A DNA stretch of 64,000 bases from Myxococcota bacterium (GTDB lineage Bacteria > Myxococcota > XYA12-FULL-58-9 > JALHOP01). Positions 57,934 through 64,000 of this stretch are shown one piece after another (the stretch's first letter is position 1; each line of letters opens with the position of its first letter). The stretch spans positions 77,592 through 141,591 of the forward strand of contig JALHOP010000007.1 in NCBI GenBank assembly GCA_022842935.1, in the 5' to 3' direction. The notes under the pieces were generated by a model. It was not told where the DNA came from and searched no databases. It saw only the letters and a list, made by a program, of their open reading frames with translations. Position numbers and translations under genes: made by a program.

Positions 57934-60900
57934 TCACCCGGCGGTCGAAGAGCGGCTTCCACGCGCGAGCTGCAAGAAGACAGCCAGCACAACGAGCAAC
58001 GCGAAACCATCAACTGCGATTGCAGCGCATCCACCGCGAACATCCTCGACACCATTGAATGTGTTGTCCGCTAAAGAGGTCGACTCGAAGTTGGTGAAGC
58101 GCGGCTCCGTGCACGCGCGAGCCTCGAGCTCTGCGCCTTCGAACCCCGAGGTGTCGAGAAATCCGTAGGCATGGCGGGTGAGAACAATCTGCGTTGTTCT
58201 CCCTGCGCCGTCGTTATCGTTCACCGCAAGATCAAAGCCGAAGCGGTGACCCACGGATGGGGGGCCACCGAGGGCCGCCCAGGGAACCACGTAATTGATC
58301 GCGTAGCCCGTTGTGGTGCGTTCGGCTTTCGTGACCGTGCCACTCGGCGCGCCCCGCACTCCACCGATTGCGCCGTCGACGCCAACCGTGATCTGCCAAT
58401 CGTCCGATCCGTAGGACGTCGCGCGATCGCCATCCCCGTCGAGATAGAGCTCGACACTGTCTCTTTCGTAAACCTCGCGAGCGTCGGCTTCGATGCGCTC
58501 GTCTGTGACACCAACGCGAACGTAGAGCGCTTCGGTGTCCCAGGCGACCATCGCCTTCGCCGAAAGGTCGGCACTCGTGGCGGGTGGCTCGGTCAAGCCC
58601 AAAGCCGGTTCGATCACGGCCTGTTCCGGTCCGAGCGCAATCACATCCGCTTGCGACCATGGATCGGCATCGGCGCAGCTACCGCTTGGTGCGGGTTCGA
58701 GCGAACAGGGGCGGATCGTCGCGCTGGTACCAGCGCATGAACAGTCCGCAGCACAACTGTCGCACGTCTCGCTTGCCGAACAGGCGCCATCACCGCACGC
58801 TTGCGCTCCGTCACAGTCGCCACACGTGCTCGCTTCGAAGAACACGTCGCAGACACCGTCTCCGCAATGAGGAAAGACCGATGCATCGAAGCGACCACGC
58901 TCGTAGTAGCCCACGTTCAATGTGCCGTCGACCCATGCCACATTGTCGTCGACCAAGGTGGCGCGCATGTGATGGCTATCGGGGTACATCGCTTCGTTGG
59001 CGAGCAATAGATTGTCCCCGCCAGTAATGCGGAACAGATCGAAGTCGCCACGGCGTGACGCATTGCACGTCACGCCAAAGTCGAACTGACAGTGTCCAGA
59101 GACACCCGAGTGCATGAAGTTCCTGGTGTTGGAAACCATCAGGTACGCCAGGCGCACCTCCGTCTTGTTGCCGCCGATGAAGCGGATATTCTGCGCGTTG
59201 CGCACCTCCATCATCGGTGCGTTCGAGTACTCCATGTTGCTCGCGTAGAACGTCAGAGGCGCGCTGGTTCCATCAATCAACACAGTTCGATGGTCAGGAT
59301 GTTCTGAGGCCCCGTCATACTGCTGAAAGAGCTGGAGGCCGTAGAACCGTCCCCCTCCGTGTCCGCTAAAGCGAGATATGGCGCGGTTGACACCACGACG
59401 GTCCGGAGTCCACGGCAGATCGGCATAGAGCTCCGATACGACGGATGCTGGCCCAGCACGCCAGTCGAGCGCCGGACGCGCCGCATCCCCGTCGAGAAGA
59501 AGCTGCAGGTCGGACACAAAGATGGTCGCATCTGCGTCATCGACGGTGCGAAGCATGGGCTCGCCGCTCGTAAACCCATAGGTGACGAGGCGGGAGCGCC
59601 CCGTCGGGACGCCGAAGACGCGGGTGTTGCTGCGAAGCACGATGGTGCGCGAAATCCGGTAGTCACCGCGTGGCATGAACACATAGCCGCCGGCATCGAA
59701 GGCGCGCTGCAGCGCATCACTATCGTCGGTGGTGCCATCTCCCCTGGCTCCCAGACTCAGCACGTTGACAACACCTGGGGCGTCGAAGGCGGGGAGCATG
59801 GGAAGCTCGTGACGGAGTCGCAAGTCCGCGGGAGCAGAGTCCGTGCCTTCGAGCTCGACGTAGGGCGCGTCAAGCAGACGGCCGTTTGCATACGACGCAT
59901 TGGCAACGTCACCGCGCGACCACGGATCGCCGTAGGCGTAGCGTGTGATATGCGTCCATTCTGAGCCGGCGGCGCGGCCAACGACGTGTGAGCCGCTCTG
60001 CACCAGGGGACCCGAGCCGCCGCCCATCCAGACGTCCTGCAGGAAGAGCGAGCGCCCAGCACTCTCGTTCGCCGCGTTCGCTACGAGTGGTGCGCCGCCG
60101 CCCCGCACGTGAATGCGACTATCGACAACCGTGAGCTGGCTGGTTTGCGGTCCAGAGATAGTGCCAGAACGGTCGATGACGATTGCAGGTCCCGTCGCTT
60201 TCTCGATCTCAACGCCGACCAGCGTTGCCGGGCTGTACGCGCTCACGACAACCGCGGCTTCGGTTTGGTCGGTCAGGCGAGCACCGGCAATCGTCTCCGA
60301 GCCAAGCTCCAGGATGATCCCGAACCGTCCACCCACGACATCAAGACCAACGCTCACGCGCGTCTGCACAACACCCTGAAAACCCGCGAAGCCACCGTTT
60401 GCAACAACGCGAACATTCTGGACCGAGCTCCATTGCGCGAGCGGCGCTCGCACTCCGACCGCCCCCGGATTCCCCGACCCGAGGTGAACTTCGAGGTTAC
60501 GCAGATGGATCCCCATGCCGCAGTCGAACTGGCCCCACCAGCCGGGCTCGTAGCCATACCCAGGACCGTTGCTATACATGTGAATGACGCCGCGCGGATT
60601 GTTCGGGTCGCCAAAGCCGGGAGCACCATCAGCCAACCGAATGATCGGCCGTGGGCCACTCGACGGTCCGACGAGCGACGGCGCTTTGCGCATGACCCAA
60701 CCGGTGCCGTAGTCGATGTTTGCTTCCCCGGCGATGGGGCGCCCGAAGTGGTCGGCGCACGCCCATAACTGGTAGCGCTGGACGCCCACGAGTGAGCCGC
60801 TCACGAGGTACGTTCCGGCGGGCACATAGGCGATGAGCCCCGACTCGCGCGCCGCGAGAATCGCAGCGTTGATCGCGTCGGTCGAATCGGTCTGCCCCGA

Positions 60901-61065
60901 CGGATCGGCGTTGAAGAACGTGACGGGAAGATATCCCGCGCGAATGAGCGGGTCGTCTTGTCTTCCGAGCTGAACGACACGCGCCGGAAGTGGCGGCAGC
61001 GCGCGTGCGGCAGCGGGCAAGAACAGTCCGAGCAAAGCGACGACGACGATGGCGCGATGGTTCAT
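57934..61065 (-). CDS. Surface polysaccharide-active protein: two pectate-lyase-3/GH55-like beta-helices, Cys-rich linker, CBM9-like domain, MYXO-CTERM-like tail
   Basis: Signal peptide; ADPSGQTDSTDAI and GARGDGTTDDSDAL; CGDG.C repeats; DSVELYLD, GFDLAVND; GGC + TM + basic tail. Confidence 0.82.
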   Translation of the reverse strand: MNHRAIVVVALLGLFLPAAARALPPLPARVVQLGRQDDPLIRAGYLPVTFFNADPSGQTDSTDAINAAILAARESGLIAYVPAGTYLVSGSLVGVQRYQLWACADHFGRPIAGEANIDYGTGWVMRKAPSLVGPSSGPRPIIRLADGAPGFGDPNNPRGVIHMYSNGPGYGYEPGWWGQFDCGMGIHLRNLEVHLGSGNPGAVGVRAPLAQWSSVQNVRVVANGGFAGFQGVVQTRVSVGLDVVGGRFGIILELGSETIAGARLTDQTEAAVVVSAYSPATLVGVEIEKATGPAIVIDRSGTISGPQTSQLTVVDSRIHVRGGGAPLVANAANESAGRSLFLQDVWMGGGSGPLVQSGSHVVGRAAGSEWTHITRYAYGDPWSRGDVANASYANGRLLDAPYVELEGTDSAPADLRLRHELPMLPAFDAPGVVNVLSLGARGDGTTDDSDALQRAFDAGGYVFMPRGDYRISRTIVLRSNTRVFGVPTGRSRLVTYGFTSGEPMLRTVDDADATIFVSDLQLLLDGDAARPALDWRAGPASVVSELYADLPWTPDRRGVNRAISRFSGHGGGRFYGLQLFQQYDGASEHPDHRTVLIDGTSAPLTFYASNMEYSNAPMMEVRNAQNIRFIGGNKTEVRLAYLMVSNTRNFMHSGVSGHCQFDFGVTCNASRRGDFDLFRITGGDNLLLANEAMYPDSHHMRATLVDDNVAWVDGTLNVGYYERGRFDASVFPHCGDGVCDVFFEASTCGDCDGAQACGDGACSASETCDSCAADCSCAGTSATIRPCSLEPAPSGSCADADPWSQADVIALGPEQAVIEPALGLTEPPATSADLSAKAMVAWDTEALYVRVGVTDERIEADAREVYERDSVELYLDGDGDRATSYGSDDWQITVGVDGAIGGVRGAPSGTVTKAERTTTGYAINYVVPWAALGGPPSVGHRFGFDLAVNDNDGAGRTTQIVLTRHAYGFLDTSGFEGAELEARACTEPRFTNFESTSLADNTFNGVEDVRGGCAAIAVDGFALLVVLAVFLQLARGSRSSTAG

Positions 61066-61078
61066 GAGGGAGCTCATG

Positions 61079-61095
61079 AGCAATCGTTGCGCCAA
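61079..61095 (-). promoter_or_regulatory. sigma54 -24/-12 promoter TTGGCGCAACGATTGCT
   Basis: Fits TGGCAC-N5-TTGC with one mismatch, directly downstream of a sigma54 activator gene. Confidence 0.75.
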
Positions 61096-61257
61096 TACGA
61101 ATGTTCAACGATGGCAGCGGGTTACCACGCGACGACGGACCTTGCCTGGACCGAATCGTGACCACCTGCGCGTGTGGTGCGGCCCCCATGCGTGGAGTCG
61201 AAGCGACACGTCTTGGCTGCGTTGCCCAACTATGTCGGGTCGGGTCTCATTGCCCTC

Positions 61258-62601
61258 TCATTTGATGCGTTCGTAGAGACCGTGCTTGCGCAACAAGGCG
61301 CGCAGCAGGTGCCGCTCGAGTCTCGAAGCCCGCGAGGCACTCGAGAGATTGCCGTCGTGTGCGGTCATCAATGCCTCGAGGTAGGTCCGTTCAAAGTCAT
61401 CGAGCACGCGACGCCGTTCGTCGCGATAGCGCTGGCGGACGTCGATGTGGCCGGACGCAGATGGACTGTCGGGGCCCGGCTCCTGGTCGAAAGGCGATTG
61501 ATCGAAAGGCGAGCTGCCGAGCGCAAGCAAGCGGGTCACTGCGTTGCGCAGCTCCCGCACGTTGCCCGGCCAGGTGTGGCTGCTCATGCGGTCGAGGACG
61601 CTCGCGGGTAGCGCCGCGGAGTCTTTGTCGTAGTCCTTGGCAAAGCGGGCGGCGAGCATCGGGATGTCTTCTTTGCGTTCGCGTAGAGGCGGAACCTCGA
61701 TCTCGAGGACCGCCAATCGATAGTAGAGATCCTCGCGAAACGTTTTCTGCTGAACGGCGCGTGCCAGGTCGCGGTGTGTCGCTGCAACCACACGCACGTT
61801 GACGGTACGGACGGTGTTTTCCCCCAAGCGTTTGAGCTCCCCACTCTCGAGAACGCGCAACAGCCGCGCCTGTAGCTCGAGCGAAAGCTCGCCGATCTCG
61901 TCCATGAACACGGTGCCATGGTCAGCAAGCTCAAAGACGCCGGCGTGCTCGTCTTCAGCACCGGTAAAGGCGCCGCGTGCATGACCGAAAAGCGCATCAC
62001 TTGCGAGGTCCGGCGAGAGCGTCGAGCAGTCGAGGACGACGAACGGTCCGTCTCGGCGGACGCTGTTGCGATGGATGGCCCGGGCGACGAGCTCCTTGCC
62101 GGTACCGGTCTCGCCTTGCAACAAGGCCGGTGCCTCTGAGGGCTCGATACGCGTAAGCAGGGCGAAGAGTCGACGCATGGAGGCGCTCGCGCCAAGCAGC
62201 TCATCGTACCTGTCTCCACTATAGAGCGGCAGGCCGTCGCCACGGGACAGAGGTAGAAGCGCAAGGAGGCTGCGGCCAATGCGGAGCCGCGCTCCTGGCT
62301 GGAGCACTGCCCGCTCGATGCGTTGGTTGTCGATATAGGTGCCGTTGGTGCTCCCTAGATCTGTGGCAACGATTCCTGCGTTGGTGACGCGAAGCTCGAG
62401 GTGCTGGCGCGACAACAGCTTGTCCTCGAGCTGCAAGCGACAACTCGGCGCCTTGCCGACAATCGCGGTCCCTTTGCGCAATGTGATGTGCTTGCCCGCG
62501 TCACTAGGGGCGCCACCCGACACGTAGACGACACACCCAGGCAGGCTCGGACTTTGATTCGACCCGTCGAGCTCGGTCGAGCTCTCGCTCTCATCGACCA
62601 T
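61258..62601 (-). CDS. FHA-domain sigma54-dependent enhancer-binding protein
   Basis: FHA (LSRQH, DLGSTNGT), GETGTGKE, GAFTGA, WPGNVRELRN, Fis-like HTH. Confidence 0.95.
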   Translation of the reverse strand: MVDESESSTELDGSNQSPSLPGCVVYVSGGAPSDAGKHITLRKGTAIVGKAPSCRLQLEDKLLSRQHLELRVTNAGIVATDLGSTNGTYIDNQRIERAVLQPGARLRIGRSLLALLPLSRGDGLPLYSGDRYDELLGASASMRRLFALLTRIEPSEAPALLQGETGTGKELVARAIHRNSVRRDGPFVVLDCSTLSPDLASDALFGHARGAFTGAEDEHAGVFELADHGTVFMDEIGELSLELQARLLRVLESGELKRLGENTVRTVNVRVVAATHRDLARAVQQKTFREDLYYRLAVLEIEVPPLRERKEDIPMLAARFAKDYDKDSAALPASVLDRMSSHTWPGNVRELRNAVTRLLALGSSPFDQSPFDQEPGPDSPSASGHIDVRQRYRDERRRVLDDFERTYLEALMTAHDGNLSSASRASRLERHLLRALLRKHGLYERIK

Positions 62602-62623
62602 GTTGCGCTACGTTGACACAAAC

Positions 62624-64000
62624 ATGACTGCCGGGCTGCTTGTCTTTGTCGTTGCTGCCGCCGGTCGTGTCGTCGTGTTGTGCGACGACGACGCAACGCT
62701 CAAGCGCGTTCGTGTGGCCCTCGATGCGGCGCCCCACGAGTCTACGATCGGGCCGTTTCGCGCGTGCCACGGGACTGCCTCGACAACGACTCTGCGCGAC
62801 AAGCTCGACCGTGCGCGGCAGTCACTCTACCGCATGAACTTCAAAGCTGCCGAGTCGGATCTGACGGCGCTGACGCATGAAGCCGAGCTCGTCGCGTTGC
62901 CTGCGGGCGACGATCTCCTTGCCGAAGCGCGCGTTCTACTCGTCTGGGCTGCTCTCGATGGGCGCGCGGAATCTCGAGCACGTGACTATGCCACGGCCCT
63001 GGTTCACATTCGCCCGGGTCTTCACCTGTCGCCGAACGTCTATCCTCCGCACCTCATTGCCTTCATCGAGGCGATCGACGCGCGCCAGCGGCATGAAGGC
63101 TCACTCGAAGTCACTACCTCGATTGCAGGGACACCGCTCGCCGTCGATGGGCTGACACGGTGCACGACACCTTGTGTGCTTCACGGGCTGTCTGCTGGAG
63201 CGCATCGGGTTACACTCACGCCAACCGGAGTGGCAGTCTACACCGGCATCGTGTTGGTCGGCGGCGCAGCGCGGCTCCACGTGGCGCTTGATCCCGATGG
63301 CCGAGACGCCTTGGTGGCAGCGCTCGCACGTAACGACATCGCGGCGATTCGTACTCTCGCGCCCGAGGCACGGGTCATCCTCGGACCTGGCGCGGTGGGA
63401 GGCACGACGGCGTGGGTAAGCGACGCCGACCGCGCCACCGCTATGACACTGTCGTTCTCCGAAGGCACCGACGCCGAGACTGTAGCGAGCGCCATTCGGG
63501 CGCGCCTCGAAGCAACACGCCCCGTTGACGACGAGGTCGTCCGGGCAAAACCAGCGATATCCACGCGCGACCACCCCTTGGCTTTGGAGCTCGCGCTGCT
63601 CGGCGTCGTGCCACTCACGGCACCACAAAGCGATGCCTTCTCGGGCGGTGCCATGCTGCTTGCCCGCCTTCGCGGAGCGCTATCGACCCGCTGGGCGCTC
63701 GAAGCGCAACTTGGCTATGTCGGTCTCGTCCCGAAGCACGACGCTCAGTTCGGCGGCGTCGGACAGCTTGCGGGCGGGGTACGGTTTGCCTTCGTACGCT
63801 GGCTCGTATTTTCGGCGCACGGCGGCGCGGCACTCACGGACGGCCACGTCCGCCCATGGTTTGATGCGTCGCTGGCCGCGCCGTTGGCCCTGGGCGGGCT
63901 TTCCCTGAGTCCTAGCCTGATGTACGCGCATGTGGTTGACCGGGGTAACACCCCGCTCGCCGGGGATGCGAAGCTGCTCGCGGTGGGGGTCGCACTGGCG
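62624..64000 (+). CDS. PEGA-domain protein with C-terminal beta-strands (partial, not in the ORF track)
   Basis: ATG 62624, frame open to the window end; GSLEVTT...LAVDG...TPC...LSAGAHRV. Confidence 0.75.
   Translation, partial: MTAGLLVFVVAAAGRVVVLCDDDATLKRVRVALDAAPHESTIGPFRACHGTASTTTLRDKLDRARQSLYRMNFKAAESDLTALTHEAELVALPAGDDLLAEARVLLVWAALDGRAESRARDYATALVHIRPGLHLSPNVYPPHLIAFIEAIDARQRHEGSLEVTTSIAGTPLAVDGLTRCTTPCVLHGLSAGAHRVTLTPTGVAVYTGIVLVGGAARLHVALDPDGRDALVAALARNDIAAIRTLAPEARVILGPGAVGGTTAWVSDADRATAMTLSFSEGTDAETVASAIRARLEATRPVDDEVVRAKPAISTRDHPLALELALLGVVPLTAPQSDAFSGGAMLLARLRGALSTRWALEAQLGYVGLVPKHDAQFGGVGQLAGGVRFAFVRWLVFSAHGGAALTDGHVRPWFDASLAAPLALGGLSLSPSLMYAHVVDRGNTPLAGDAKLLAVGVALA

Noticed and set aside
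61484-61513. 15-bp duplication (SPFDQ twice) in the activator linker
   Set aside because: In-frame micro-duplication in a flexible linker with no evident consequence

Overview
High-GC chromosomal window, most likely from a Myxococcota-like deltaproteobacterium (inferred from the FHA-sigma54 activator, FHA-DUF4388 protein, MYXO-CTERM-like tail, PEGA and TPR proteins). Housekeeping genes include dnaK, hrcA-grpE, clpX, ppx/gppA, prkA, usp, bamD and mntR. The main result is a translationally coupled RiPP-like operon at about 29.5-37.1 kb: an S24/S26-type peptidase, a PqqD/RRE, a radical SAM-SPASM enzyme, a 55-aa Cys-containing precursor absent from the ORF track (31223-31390, YxxPxL leader, C-terminal Ser), an HPr-kinase-like P-loop protein and a gingipain-like C25 protease, followed by surface lipoproteins. 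Other signals: (i) a sigma28-like promoter motif recurring before six dispersed genes that lack signal peptides; (ii) a HepT/MntA toxin-antitoxin pair with an apparent lesion in each gene; (iii) a clpA 3' remnant fused to a 72-bp palindromic tandem repeat, with an 11-bp direct repeat bracketing a 1.9-kb segment after clpX; (iv) an ECF sigma/anti-sigma/FecR/SLAM-like barrel module with back-to-back ECF-type promoters; (v) a sigma54 promoter linking an FHA activator to a polysaccharide-active surface protein; (vi) a candidate structured ncRNA. No rRNA, tRNA, CRISPR array, transposase or integrase was recognised. All family calls come from visual motif recognition, not database searches.
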